Shown: piece after piece, positions 50,587-64,000 of the stretch
Layout: each line of letters opens with the position of its first letter
Position numbering within the stretch: the first letter of the stretch is position 1
DNA from: Psilocybe cubensis
Taxonomy: Eukaryota
Direction of reading: 5' to 3'
Assembly: GCA_017499595.2 (NCBI GenBank)
Contig: CM039006.1
Location: 2,852,001-2,916,000, forward strand
DNA: 64,000 nt
Translations under genes and position numbers: made by a program
The notes under the pieces: generated by a model
Databases searched by the model: none
What the model was told of the DNA's origin: nothing
What the model saw: the letters and a program-made list of their open reading frames with translations, nothing else

Positions 50587-52200
50587 ATGAATCTTCTGGA
50601 TTCTCTATGGAGTGGCCTTCATGTCGTTGAATCTGTTCGATATGGCAGACGTGAGTATTGCAGTTATATTCATCGACGTGCATAATGCTCATCGGACATT
50701 CAGTGGCCACAGTTACGATTATTTTCTTCGATCATTGTGCGTCTCTCTGCACGCTTGACTAGATTTGTGCTGAGCTGAGGGCCTTAGTAATTATGCTGGA
50801 TCAAGAGGTACGTATACGTTCTTTTCCGTAGTCAATGGTTCAACTTACACATTCCCTAGATCGATTATATTTGGGTAAGGCTCAAACGAAGGATAAACAA
50901 GGCTCAAAGTTGAGGTCATCCGCTAGACGGCTAGGTGGACCGTCATAAGCATTTTGTATATCTTGGTAAGAAGGCCGTCTACCTGCCGAATAACATTCTA
51001 ATTCCTTATAGAACAGATATTACGCCCTTGTGGCGGCAATGTACGATATCTTGCTTGTTTCAATGCGCAGCTCACAAGAAAGATTTCGTAGATTCAGTCT
51101 CTATGGTATGTTCTACAATCCAAACCAATCTAGGATTCATATAAAATCGATTAGTTTTCTTCAACAGCAATCTTAGCAACTCGGTGGGTAAGGACACCGT
51201 GTCTGACTTACTGGACTTACCTTCGCGTCTAGATGTATGTCGTACTTTCAAGACACCTCGTGATCACTGACATATTTAATCACAATCACCCCGATGTTGC
51301 TGACAGATGTGAGTACAGAAATCCATAACGTTCAAGGCGTTTTATCTCATTCTAATGGTACAAAGGCACTGTTTTCCTCAAATGGGAAGGGTGGACCGGC
51401 TTGGTTTTCGCAATGCTCGGTCAAAGTAACATATTTTTATCATTTGCGGGTGCGGTTACTTACTACCTCACCAAGGCATTCTGCAGTTTCGCATTTATGC
51501 TCTATATTCGGGAAATAGAAGGGTTGTTGTTCCCATGGTCACTATCTTTGCAGTCTGTTCGTCAATCTCCGGATGGTTGATGTGGAAAAATATCTCTAAC
51601 TCTTCCGGTATGTCCTCGTGTCTTAAAAGGAAGTATAACTGACGGTCTTGCCAGTCGTCTCCCACAACTATGGGACAGGTCCCTTCTGCAGAGCAATTCA
51701 AGGAGGTGGATCCACACTATATGCCTTTTGGATACCTGTTATCGTCTTCGAGACTCTGTTGTGCCTGCTCGCTTTATCTGCAGGCATCAACTCATTTATC
51801 CAGGATGGCTACACCTTTAGGCATAGTGGCAGACTACTACAAATACTGCTACGAGACTCAATGACCTATTTTGTAGTGTGAGAATACCCACTTGTCTCTT
51901 AATCGTGTCTGCTCATTGTGACTACAGCATCACTGGAACGGCATTTGCATGCTTGCTGGGAGCCATCATAAACGGCGGAGTACGTTCTTTTGCACTTTCC
52001 GGATTCTGTCGCTAAAATTTACTTTCAAGGTGTATCTGGAGTCCCCCGTAGGATTTTCTGTGGCTATGATTTGCACCTTAGGAAATCGGCTCATACTCAA
52101 CATCCGGGACGCAACGCGGCAGCGCGACATTACCCTCCGATTTGAAGACGATAGTCTACCGACTTCAGTCAGGTATAACAGCAAACTGGTACCGATGTGA
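50587..52200 (+). CDS. DUF6533-like multi-pass membrane protein, many small exons
   Basis: TIIFFDH/LIMLDQE/IDYIW, LYIL/NRYY, FWIPVIVFETLLCLL, LLRDSMTYF and NRLILNIR. Confidence 0.8.
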
Positions 52201-53015
52201 TTACAATGTCAGATATATATGACTCGACTCAACCGACATTGTTGCCGCTTGTTTTTGGCTAACGATCATGCTGAGCTCTGGGTTCCCATCGGTAAGTGCT
52301 AGAACCAGCCTGATGGCCAGAAATACCCGCAAGAGAGACATGCGCATAATTTCCACTATATTCGAGTTTGTGCTTGGGACAATGTGTTGTACCCCGCCAA
52401 TACAGCTGGTTTCTACTTGACTAGAAATGAATAAATTTACGCATGTTGAGACGGTGTCGACGTGACTGAAGTCCGACGAAGGATTTTCGCATGCGCCTGC
52501 ATTTCTCAGTAAAAGTAACACGCCGCCGGACTTCGTGTTCATTATTTCCATGAACCCTGAGTCCCATCAATTTGCTCAGCATCTATCACCTCTCCCGGAG
52601 AAACTCGACGTTTGCCACGTCTCTCCGTTTTCAACAATGTAAGAACGCCGTTCAACTCATTTTGAAGCTCTTTTCCTTATTCGGAATCCCCTACGTGTTC
52701 ATATTCTTCTCAATCACTGATTGCAATGATATAACGAACTTAGAGTTAGGGCAAAATAATGCACTTCAAGGCCGCATGCTAAATCAGATCACACGTCTAT
52801 CACGAACACTGACAAAAATATCTAAAACCAATCAATCATCGTCACCCCCTTGACAAGTGACACCTCTTCTGAGATTCAAGAGCCAATTAAGACTCATGAC
52901 CTACGTTTTGTATCGTTAATATATCTCATGACAGAAACCAGAAACATTCAGTGTCCCCGTTATTTACATCCTCACACCATCAGCGGTCCGCGCTTATCTG
53001 GTGCTGCAATAGTCT

Positions 53016-54882
53016 ATGGATGAGACAGTAGCCTCTGGGATTCTCAACGTCCTTCTTTCAACATTACAGACGACACAGGTGAGTGCCATCGTATGCCTCT
53101 CGGGAAGGTCTGTTTTGAAACCCCCCTCAGTATCTCACAGGTGTGTTGGATAGTAGTTTCGTTTCGCCGTGTCGCTGGAGCTTAACAGAAAAACCACATA
53201 GTCATCTCTTCGACTATCCTTGTTTGGGATGCGGTGATTACTTTGGATGTTGAGGTTGGAAGAGTCATCACTTTTCAGTGGATCCCACTAAGATACTCTG
53301 AATTATGAGGTTAGGAGAGTGTGGACAACGAAGAAAACGTTTGGGACTGCATTGTTCTTTATTGTGAGTCTGTGGTGATAACCTCTGACTTACGATTCCT
53401 AACAAAACGCCAGAATCGCTACGTCCCACTTTGCCTGCTGGTATACGATTTGTTCTGTAGGTCACCTACCGTTATCCGATATCCTGTGAACATTATTTGT
53501 AATAATGTGAAACTGCAGACGAGTTTTCTCTGTCGCAGTCTCTTTCTGTCAGTGAATTTAATTCTAGAAGCATTCTCTGAGTTGCAGTGCTGACTTCGTC
53601 TCTGCTTTAGTTGTAAGCAATGTTTCGGCATATTGGTCGACTGCTGCACCCGAAAACCAAGCTAACATGGCACAATTGTGGTCTATAGCTGCAAGAACTA
53701 TCAAATATCCTTCAGCATCCTCAGCATGATATCTATCGCGGCGATTGAATGTAACGAAGCTCGATTCTTCTATCACACGATTTATCTAACACTTGTACAT
53801 AAAGGTGTCTTCATTCTGCGTACGAATGCACTGTATCGAAGCAAGCAGCTGTTCCTGTTCCTTACGTGTTTGGGAGCGGTAAGCACGGTTCCTGGTAGCG
53901 CAACGGTGTGAACTTACTCGTGAGAGGATATAGCTATCAATCGTCACTATGCTTGTTTGCTATCTTGTTGTATTCAGGAACACAAACTGTGAGTCTCTAC
54001 ATTAATACTACCGTGAATGGAAATCAAATAGGGCCGTTAGTTCAACCACAGAAGCCCTCTGGGTACAGACACTGTCTAGCGGAATGCTCGTCTGAGACTT
54101 GCCATATATCGCTGATAGTGTTCTGGATACCCTTCTTCTTTTTCGAAACCGGTAAGCGCAGTTAATCGGGCTCCATGGCATTGGAATTCAACTAATTTTA
54201 ACCTCAGTTGTATTTCTACTTACAATCCGGAAATACATGCAAGAGTGTGAGTTGATTGTTCTTAAGCAACTTACGGTAACTTTATGGTTCCCCCATACAG
54301 TCAGATGTGTAAGATCTGTTGGGAGGTCTACCGTTCTTCGAGTTCTGATGCGTGATGGTGAGCATATTTCACTGGGGAAGTACCGAGAGTGCCGCTATTA
54401 ACTGCAATAAACAGGCATAATATACTATCTCGGTTCGTATCTCAAGCAGAAGATCAAACAGTTACATGGTGCTCATATCTCTGCTTTTTCCGTTTCTCAG
54501 TAATCATGGGTACGCAACACTGAGAACTTGATTAGGTCTCGTCTGAACTTTGCCACCAGGTATATCCATTGTAAATCTTCTAATGTGGGTTGTGGACCCG
54601 TTAAAGGCGTTCTATGCCATCGATTTATCCAAAAGTCTTCAGGCGACGATATGTTCAAGGTAATTAGATTTTATACATCAAGGTGTAGATATCCTCTGAA
54701 GTCCACTTTCTAGACTCCTTCTGAACTTGAGAGGCTTACTGGAAACCACGAGATCAACCACACATTTTACTCAGGAAAGATCGGTTGTTCCTGGAACTTT
54801 ACTACAGATGAATTCCTTACGAGACTATGCTGATTGGACGGTCGATGATGATATTCGACACGGAGATTCGGACGAGGAGTGA
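53016..54882 (+). CDS. Second DUF6533-like multi-pass membrane protein, many small exons
   Basis: TILVWDAVITLDVE, VWTTKKTFGTALFF, NRYVP, ILRTNALY, FWIPFFFFET, LMRDGIIYY and RLLLNLR. Confidence 0.8.
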
Positions 54883-56266
54883 GTATATAGATTTGTATTG
54901 TAATTTGATTGTAATAATATTGTCGCTGTATCAACGGTTTCCCCATTACATGGTACTCCTAATTTGATTGCTATAATTGCTTTTGACCTCAATTTTAGGC
55001 TGGCCCTTTGGCTTGCCCCAATTAGCACGCAAACTCACCTGGCGGGTAGGTAGATCATACTTGTTATTTTTTTCATCACAAGCCCCCTTGAACATTAGTG
55101 AGGTAAATGTACTGCTTTTGACTGTCAAACACGGATTCAAGAAGTCTCCTTAGCTACTATAGTATGTGACAGTGCTAGGTGCAGCTAGTTTGCACTATCG
55201 CCAAGGGCCCGCGACACATCCCAAACGCATCCACATCTGGACTTATTTTGATTTTGGCTCTCAAATCCGGAAATCCGGTGCCATAATTAGATCCCTTTGG
55301 GAAACTTTTTGTTCCTGGTGTTAATTTTGGCCCAGATGCTCGCTTTATTACCAAATTGGGACTAATTTGGGTCTCAATTCCAAGAAAATGAAATGGGTGT
55401 AGGATGAATAGTATAAGGCTTTTCTTACAGGTACAAACTTCTCAGTTGTTTTATTGTAGTAGATACCTCAGAGATAGCGTAATGAAGAAAGAATATCAAA
55501 TGCAAAACCTATGGAAAGCGACAGAATGCTATCTCCTGCCAGTGCTAGGTCCGGCACATCCATGCCGCGTCTAGTCTCGGCCATCTATATGGCCACCGCA
55601 CCTTACAGGCCGTGGGAATCAATGTTCCTTGCTCTTGCTTTCCACATGGAATCGACGTTTCAATCCTATCTTACGCGGACGCCTCAATAAGTTTCCTGGT
55701 CCTCAATTACCAAATCATCCCTTCCTACTCAAACAGGAAAATTCCGTGTGGGTCCCGAAAATGCACTGGCACCAGTGGAAATCTAATGGATGAATAACCA
55801 GGTTAATAATGTCTTTGAAGGCCCTCTCAGCAGATTCTTTAACTGACATGACTCTGCCTTCGTTTTTCCGAATGACAGTTGTCGCTAACGCATGCGCAAG
55901 CTTGTCTGTGTCTCATTGTTTCATAAAGCATTCCATTCTCGAGCTATCTGTAGTCGTCGCTGGTGTTATTCAGATCGATATTGTAAGTATATGCCAGCAG
56001 ACATCGTGATAGCTTTCATTTTGTTTTTATGGATAACTGTCTGGCGCAGCTCCAAGTCAGTCTCTTTATCAAATTACTTCACTATTGCTGATATAAATCT
56101 AATAATTTAGAAAATGTTCCATTTTGAAATATTTGACTTGGTTCCGACATCGGTCATCATTCATTCATACTTATCCGCCGTCAACACTTCAGGCACTTAG
56201 TTCTCTTTACGAGACGACCCGATTATAAAATGTGGCAATGCTTCAACTCACTTGGAACCAACAGCC

Positions 56267-57995
56267 ATGGTATTGAACTGGACAAACTTGTTCATTTTCA
56301 CCGTTTTCGTGAGTCGTGTTGGACGCCCTTGATTGTTGGCTTACAATTCACTTCCCAGCACTTTGTCAATGGTCTACCTTCTCTAGAAACTCGTCAAGTC
56401 ACTCCATCGCTTCCCACGGGGTGGACGTCTATTGGGTGTTACAGGTATACACACCTACTTAGAAGGCATTTTGCTATTAATACATCGACGATTTTTTACT
56501 CGACAGTGACACTAGCTCTGCTCGAACATTGCGAGTGGCAGCATATACAGATGTAACTGGCATGACTATTGAGTCGTGTATAGCCTTTTGTACTCCTGCT
56601 GGATATAAGTACGCAGGTGTTGAATTTGCCAGGGTACGTTTTACTTCATGATTACGTGGCAATGTATGCTCAGAGTCGATTTTACGAGCTAGGAATGCTG
56701 TAAGTCTCCCCTAACATTTTTAGGATCGTTCATAACATAGCCTTTAAGATTGTGACAATGTTATAGAATCACCGGGCGCACTTATCTCCGATGACACTTG
56801 CAATATGACTTGCACTGGCGATGCCGATGAAATATGCGGTGGTCCTGGTGGATTAAACATTTTCATCAAGTACGTGCTACATCAAACAGGTCATCTGTTA
56901 GATACTCAGTTTCTTTAGCTCCAATCCGACCACTGATCCTTCGGAGCCACCTCCTGCAAGTGGTGTGATTAAACCATCTGCTGGGGTGTTCCAGTACAAG
57001 GGTTGTTTCCAGTAAGTCCTCATTGACCTTTGAATTACAAGGGAAAATGTCATTATAATACCAGGGACGGTGTCAATGGAGCGCCACGGTCTCTTCGCAA
57101 TCAACTCTCAATAGTAGCAGGTGTAACCGCTGAGACATGTACCTCCGCCTGCAAAGCTGCAGGATATGCTCTTGCTGGATTGGAATTCGGTCAGGAATGC
57201 TGTAAGACACGAAATTCTGTGCATCTATATCGTCGTCTAATGTACTGGAATGATAAAAGGGTGCGACAATTACATGCCATTGGCCGTAAATACCCCAGAT
57301 TCTGACTGCAACATGGTCTGTGTCGCCGATAACACTGAATTATGCGGTGCTGGAAATCGATTAGCTGTCTATCAAGATACAAGTCTTGGTAGCGTCAATT
57401 TCCAGCAATGTTTGACCGACTCAGATTTGCACACCTCGGACAGCTTCCCATTCATCATGTTTGCTGTTCCCAATTCTGGTGGAGATCCGGTTCAGGTAGG
57501 GACGATTGAAGTAGTTCCCCAACAAGTGGGACAACCAACGTTTTTCACGCTTTCGGTGCGATCACATTAGTTACCGACCTGACTGACGCATTGACGTGTC
57601 AAATAGACTCTAGCAGAAGCCTTGCGCGAGTCACATACGTTCAGACTGTCTGGAGGATCCCTCCTCCCAGCACAATGGAACGGCGAGGGTCTTCCATTAC
57701 CCATTGGCCCGACCTTGGGTCAAGTGCAAAAATTCCAGGCCTTCTCGACTGATCCACCATACCGTGGTTATTGCGCCATGGTGAGTTAATGAATATTCAT
57801 TGTCTCTCATGGTAGTTTCTGAAGTCAAGCTAGTACAACCCTGTGTCCTCTTTTGGGCCCTTTATTGGACCCCCTGTCCTCGGTGTTGACCAGAGGTCGG
57901 ACCTTTGGAGCATATGTGGGACGGGAATCGTATACACCAACCCAGACAGTCTTTGCCAACAGGTAGTGCTCGAGATGGTTCAACCCGTAGTATAA
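56267..57995 (+). CDS. Secreted protein with two WSC carbohydrate-binding domains and an unknown C-terminal domain
   Basis: TATAAAA at 56224. The first WSC reads WTSIGCY..MTIESCIAFC..YAGVEFARECYC..CNMTCTGDADEICGG. The second reads YKGCF..TAETCTSAC..LAGLEFGQECWC..CNMVC..ELCGAGNRL. Confidence 0.88.
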
Positions 57996-58379
57996 CGGAC
58001 TGCGTTGTAGTGGGTGTTATTATCCGTTGCCGGAGATTATGTTTCATGTTGGTGTTTGCCGCCCCCAGAAGCCGCCAGAGTAACTCTCGCCAAATATGAT
58101 AGTTATGATATCATGTTTCAAATGTAAAGTTAGAGAAGATTGGAGACTCGTCAAGAGTCTTGGAAGCCAGCTTATTAGCAACAATTTGACTATGCAACGT
58201 GCCAAAAGCCCTTGCAACGCGAGCGACACGCAAGATGGTCTTGGCTTCCGGCATCATGACACCGTGCCACGCCATATACGGGATATTTAATCGAGCCGCC
58301 ATGCATAATTTTTACACATTTTGTGCTGCGATTTTTCTTCACGACGCTTCTGTTCTTTCATGACTCACAATCCATTTTA

Positions 58380-59686
58380 ATGTATCCCCCAACTGGCAAC
58401 ACTGGACGATACCAACGTCTAAGTCAAGATCCCGAACGCATCCTTGATCCCCATACTTCTTCCTCCTCCAAATCCCTGTTATTCCGTATCCATTTGCGAG
58501 ATGTACTCCGCGATCTATGGCGGATACGCTATGCTAGATTCATGGGATTTTTGACAGCAGTTCTCTTGATAGGTGCTCTAGGCAAAATCTATATGACCGA
58601 TTCTCCAATCACCGATGTCTTTGCTTTTGATCAAAACGAAAAACCTCTCTACCTCAATACACATCCTCAAACTCCCCTTGCCCTCAGACTGACGATTATG
58701 TCGCGCGTGGAGGAGTTCGAGCGTCGGGAGACACTTCGACAAACAATGTTAAACGGGGTTTTTTCTAAAGACGTTCACCTTGATTACAAGTTCGTTGTGG
58801 GTAGAGCTGTGGGTCTGATGGCGAGGGCAAGGATTTTCTTCGAACGGTTGTCCCACGATGATATGCTTATATTAGAAGATCTCAACGACGTAGCTAATAG
58901 ACTCTCTGAAAAGAGGTATGCGGCATTGCAGTGGGTTCGTTTTTGTTGTTTACTTACTCAATTTTTGCTCAACCATCTGCTAGGCCAACATAATACCACA
59001 TGATGAATATGACTTTTCGATGACCGTGGACTCTGACACATTCTGTCGGCTTGGCGCTCTTGCTCGTAGGTTGCGTCACGAGTACCCTGATATCAAACCT
59101 AGAAACGAGTCTATCATCATCGCCAGAATGTTATCCAACCTTGTTTACTTTGAAAACACAGTCCCGGACGGCAACACAGACGACGACGACGAGGACCACT
59201 ATGTAAAGGGACCGTGGTATTCACACCCAATAGGATTCGCATACCTCATTAGGTAAGAAAAACAACAGTGGAAAATTCAGACACTGAATGATTTCGTTCG
59301 CTTTCAGTTCTAACACAACTCGCACAATTTTAAGCGCCAATCCACCTCTTCCTCATCACGTAAATTATCCTGGCGATGACGTAATGATTGGTTCGTGGAT
59401 TGCAGGTTTCAAGCATATGAACGATCCAAGCACTGTGTTCGAGACCGTACCTGAAAACACACCACCTCCGCAATATCGTGTGTATCCAAAACCTTATATT
59501 CCATATACTATGGACACGAAAGTCGTAGACGATGAAGCCGGGTTTCATGATGTTAAAGGCAGAGGTGGGAAGGATGCTCGAGTTGGTTGGCAATCTGTTT
59601 GCGTGCATAGACTAACTTCCGAGGAGATGAGACTCTTGAGAGAAAGAGAGGAGATAGAGTCAGAATGGGAGAGTCCTATTAGGTAG
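58380..59686 (+). CDS. Glycosyltransferase family 31-like type II membrane protein, 3 exons
   Basis: N-terminal TM, IMSRVEEFERRETLR, YKFVVG, SEKRYAALQW, DxD motif TVDSDTF, GFAYLIS, DDVMIGSW and CVHRL. Confidence 0.85.
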
Positions 59687-59746
59687 CTAGTGTGGAACTT
59701 TTACAAGATTCTTGTTGCATAATATGACGGTCTTTTGGTATGACGG

Positions 59747-61015
59747 CTACTCCGATACAGAGCTAGTATCCGCACGGGTGCCTTCCCCATTAGTCTTTGG
59801 CTCGAGCTGTGAACTTATATAACGTTCCTCAAAGGATATGCCTGATAAATCGGTTGTTAGAGTCTCCTTTCTTCCATTTACGGGATTCGCCAGTGCAATT
59901 CGGGCAACCACTATGGTGGGTGCCATACCCTATAGAAAAGGTGTATACTGAGCCAAATAACTTTATGTATTTTCTAGTTTGGAATGAGCTTACCGACACG
60001 ACATACAGCACTATCTGCACATAGAACGATGAAATGTTTACAGGAGACTCGGCGAGGTAAGAGGCACTTGGAATCACAGCAACAACTGCATTAACGAGCA
60101 GAACAATGCAATAGATTGTTGATGATTCAACAAGAATCTTTGTGACATGCTTTACTCTTTTCGCAGTGGATAAGTTATTGCCCTGTTGAGATAGGGTATA
60201 GATTCGATATCCAATCAGGGCCGTGGTTAACGTCGTTGTTAAAAATGACACAAAGAGGGCAGCACTTTGAACTCTGTCCATAAGAAGTGCAATCGGGCCT
60301 CCCAACAATGCGGCTGGGACATTTCCAATAATAGCAAGAGAAATTCCTTATTTATCCATTAGTTGACTAACGTCTGCTGTTTATTGAGATCTCAGATGTA
60401 CCTGTCTCCACAAGAAGGAATGCTATTGGTACTGCGACTGAGCGCAATGAACAACCCCAAACGTGGAAGCATCTCCAAATCTAGTTCAATCGTATCAGTA
60501 GATATTTAATAAGAGATGGTGAATATCTCGGACCAATAAGCCATCAGAAACCACAAGTAATGTATATTGAAGAGTAACGACAATGACATGAGCCCATAAC
60601 GGGCAATTTGACATTGTCGCAATGAAAATAGTTGGCCTCGTTTCCCCATCGCTGGTTATTGCCACCCACTCCATGAAGCGCCACTGAAGTGAGAATATAC
60701 ATGCACATGCTACAAATAGGATGGTTATCGTTATTGATATAAGTTTTCTGTGCTGTTGCCTCTTATTTGATACTTTATCCACCAAATGGGTCATGTACAC
60801 TCTCATCTTCATAACAGAAGCTCACCAAAAAGATATAGTGTTCCCAGATAAATGACAGAATATATTCCTTCCAATAAATATATTAGTATGCCTTTAGTTA
60901 GATATGAGATTCAATTTCTACCCATTAAATACGTAAACAGCATCGTCGAGTTGAAGTTGGCGCTCATAACCGACTGCTGCACAGCAGGACTGGCGGGTGC
61001 CTGCATTGCTACCAT
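59747..61015 (-). CDS. Uncharacterised ~7-TM membrane protein of an expanded agaricomycete family, multi-exon
   Basis: NSTMLFTYLM/GIYSVIYLGTLYLF, VSDGLL/IWRCFHVWG, TTALIGYRIY, ILVESSTIY and GMAPTIVVARI. Confidence 0.82.
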
Positions 61016-61393
61016 AACTGATAGCTGTTGATCGATGCCTTGCGTTAAATAAGTAGATTCAAATGCAATTTGAGGGGAATGGCTGTATGATAGAGAGCTG
61101 CAGAAGTTAAACTCTGCGTTTTATACGTTATCAAAATCATATCAAAATCAAAGATCTACAAGCAAAAACAGAAACAGCGCTCATCCGCAGCAGCTTCGTA
61201 TTGACATATGTGCTGCTAACCAGTATTAGTGCCAGTGGTGAGTGTTCTCGGTATGATTTAGACAGCAGGAATTTGAGACTAGATTTTATTCATAACCAAA
61301 GACTTCAAGTTCAAACACGACGGGCTTGCAGTTCTTGGTAAAGGGGTGTATTATTTAGGCTAATATCATGCTAAACTGAAATATGGCTCCAAG

Positions 61394-61846
61394 TAAGGCT
61401 CCAACCGTTTAGTTTCCGTTTAAATTTTTTTACAAACTAAACGGAAACGGTAATAAACAGTTTACAAACGTTTATAAACGTTTGTAAACAGTAAGCTCGA
61501 GGGTGGCTACAAGGGCAGGCGTTCAACAGCGTTCAACGCATCACTTGTCCTAATGCGGCCCATTTGCCAAGGAATATAATAGTCGGCACCTAATTGGTAC
61601 AAACATGGGACCAAAACAAGAGTGCAAATGAGTTAGTTTGGTGTAAAGAATAAAAGAGGAATCATTTGATGTAATACGCACCTAATATTGTCCAAAAAAG
61701 AGATATACTTTAGCACAAAAATCTGTTACCGTTTGAACCGTTTATAAACGTTTGTAAACTGTTTAACAAGGCTCGTAAACTAAACGAAACGGTAAATGGT
61801 ATATACGGTTTACAAACGATAAACAAATGAAACGGTTGGAGCCTTA
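61394..61846. mobile_element. hAT-type MITE (453 bp)
   Basis: Perfect 17-bp TIR TAAGGCTCCAACCGTTT/AAACGGTTGGAGCCTTA, 8-bp TSD GCTCCAAG (61386-61393 and 61847-61854), and subterminal AAACG(G/T) repeats. Confidence 0.93.
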
Positions 61847-62785
61847 GCTCCAAGACACCTCATCAATGCCGCCCACGTTCAAAATAGTAATACCAGCGCA
61901 TCTGTCCGTGATCATTCAAATAATAACATGATTGGCTTGCAACTTAGCAAAACTCCTAAGTGCGAAGAGAAAATGTAGCCTCTTACCCATTGTTCATGTT
62001 TGAATAATTGACGTAAAATACAAAAACCGTGATGAGATCAATTGCCGTTCGGCCGGGTTCTCGCTCCATTGTTTACATGTCAGCAGTACTTTATAGGCTG
62101 CAGCCAAGGCAACAAAGATTTGGCTTACATTCCCTTTACCCTGCCGTGTTGAATCATTAAATAGGTGCTACTCGCAAAGAACGTTAGTCGCATTCCCATC
62201 CGTAATAGGGCACAATCTCCACCAGTAAGAGCCCGGGACTATTAACTTTAAGCGGAAATCGAAGTTGGAGCCGAACGTTCTTTCAAATTGTCAATCAATT
62301 TCATCCTCCGCCAGACTCCCCCAAACATTTGAAACCGAGATTCTGCAATTAAGACTTATCAATTTGAGTCCAATTCTTGTCCGCGGAATCCTATGATGTT
62401 ATTGAATGTAGCTATAAAATATTGACCGACCCATTTGATCAATACGTGTCTGGTTTAGAAGAGCTGGTTTGTGGGATGAGCGCGAGCACCTGGTCGTGGA
62501 GCTTGTGAGCAGTAGGCCGTGTTGTGCCGTGTGCCGCGTTTTATTTTTAGACTGCGTGAATAATTCTGTCAGCATTGATGTTTGATTTCCCACCAATGAT
62601 GCCATCAACAAGATAATTCCTTCGCTGCCAATACGTTGCCAGACAGACTCTGATGCAGTAACCTGAATTGGCCAACTATTAAGATAGTGGCAGTTCATTG
62701 GAAAATAAATAAGTAAGATACTATGTGATATATTGATTGAAAGATGAATTAGTGCTGTTAACACCATCCTGAGTAGTATGTACAT

Positions 62786-63193
62786 CTACGCCGCTGCGGC
62801 CAAATATTGGAAAATGGGATTGGTATCCAGGTACTCGCGAACATCTATAATCTTCCCATCCTTCAAGGTAAATTTGGTCAGAATTTCATTTTCGTAGTGT
62901 TGTCCCTCCGCAGGCCCGTCGGCTTTGGCGAGGTATTCTACGACAACATCCTGCTCACTCGCAGTGATGCTTCGAACATCGTAGGAGATGGCGTTAGCTT
63001 TTCCAAAAGCCTCCTTCAAGTATGGGACTCGATTAACAAGGAGGTGGGTCCCGAAGAAGGGTAGCTTCTCTTGTGGCCCTGATATCCACCATGTTGCGTC
63101 GGGAGATGAGATGGCGAGAAAGTCGTCATAATTACGGTTCTGAAATATGCTGATAAACTGAGAGACAATACGACGATTCTCTTCGGCGGACAT
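62786..63193 (-). CDS. SnoaL/NTF2-like (ketosteroid-isomerase-like) protein, 135 aa, intronless
   Basis: MSAEENRRIV..F..SPDATWWISG, ITASEQDVVVE and YENEILTKFTLKDGKIIDVREYLDT. Confidence 0.9.
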   Translation of the reverse strand: MSAEENRRIVSQFISIFQNRNYDDFLAISSPDATWWISGPQEKLPFFGTHLLVNRVPYLKEAFGKANAISYDVRSITASEQDVVVEYLAKADGPAEGQHYENEILTKFTLKDGKIIDVREYLDTNPIFQYLAAAA

Positions 63194-64000
63194 TGTAAGA
63201 GAATGAAACAATACTGAAACGGAGATTGTGGGCTAAAATTAATGTAAATGTCAATAATGGTTTGGTTAGAAAACGAATCATAATCCTACTAGGTTTATGT
63301 GATGCGACAGATGACTGGGGAGGCTGATGCTTTTGCTGAGCTATTTATCAGTTTCTGTATTGTCTACTGAGAATAGGTCCACAGTTTCTGCTCCGCTGAT
63401 TGCTGAATCAGGTCTACACCGCGCACTTCTATCCTTCTCTGCGTTAGAACTTTACTAAAAGCGCCTATACAAAACCGACAAAATGAAAGTGGTGATTGGT
63501 GCACAGACTGGCGGTGAGACTCTTTTGTCGTTATTTGGTGCTGCTGCGCCGCGAGAGCCAACAATTTACTCTCGTGTGTTATAGCGATGTATATCACTAA
63601 TTCAAAAATCAAAACGCTGACTTTGAGCGAGCACTGTCATGGCGCGAATATGGATTCCCGATATATACTAGCAGCAGCAAAGTCATTTAATTGCACAATG
63701 CAAACTATTGATTGGAATGCGATGGTATCCACATTTTCGATATCTTCGCTCAGCATTACGTCGACAGTGCTCTTTTAATCCTGGTAACCTACATCAGAGT
63801 GACTTCGCGTCTTAAATTTGGAGTCCTCCTGTAAAACGCATCTCGAAGCTTCGCCATTTAAAGTGCAAACATTCCCATACATTCCCATATCAGTCTGCTT
63901 GTGGCGTACCGAGTTCGTCACACCTGTCGGCAATTATTGGTCACGGAATGTGATAGCCAGATTCTTGTCAACCTAGCTCTTTTGAGGAGGAGATACATGC

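Noticed and set aside
55170-55550. Two CAGTGCTAGGT motifs resembling hAT ends
   Set aside because: They are in the same orientation, with no matching inverted end or TSD found.

Overview
This is eukaryotic, intron-rich fungal DNA. Short GT-AG introns with CTRAY branch sites and the gene families present point to an agaric-type basidiomycete; the species cannot be determined. The dominant feature is a very young 8.3-kb Ty3/Gypsy chromovirus (5258-13604). It has identical 231-bp LTRs, an ATCAT target-site duplication and one unbroken 2575-aa ORF. That ORF carries two segments I cannot explain: a duplicated module between the Gag knuckle and the protease, and a 291-aa tail after the chromodomain that appears to have its own TATA box and ATG. 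There are about 21 host genes, read by eye with approximate exon boundaries. They include a flavodoxin-like quinone reductase, an atypical Asp/Gly/Asp class II (manganese) peroxidase next to an Rds1-like ferritin-fold protein, an intradiol dioxygenase, a BBE-like flavoprotein with an in-frame TAG, a GNAT, an alpha/beta hydrolase, a GT31, a WSC protein, a SnoaL-like protein, three F-box-like genes and several multi-pass membrane proteins. Non-autonomous DNA transposons comprise an inverted pair of 1.3-kb elements with 2-bp TSDs, a hAT-type MITE and one weaker candidate. No rRNA, tRNA or CRISPR array was recognised. Family assignments come from motif recognition, not database searches.
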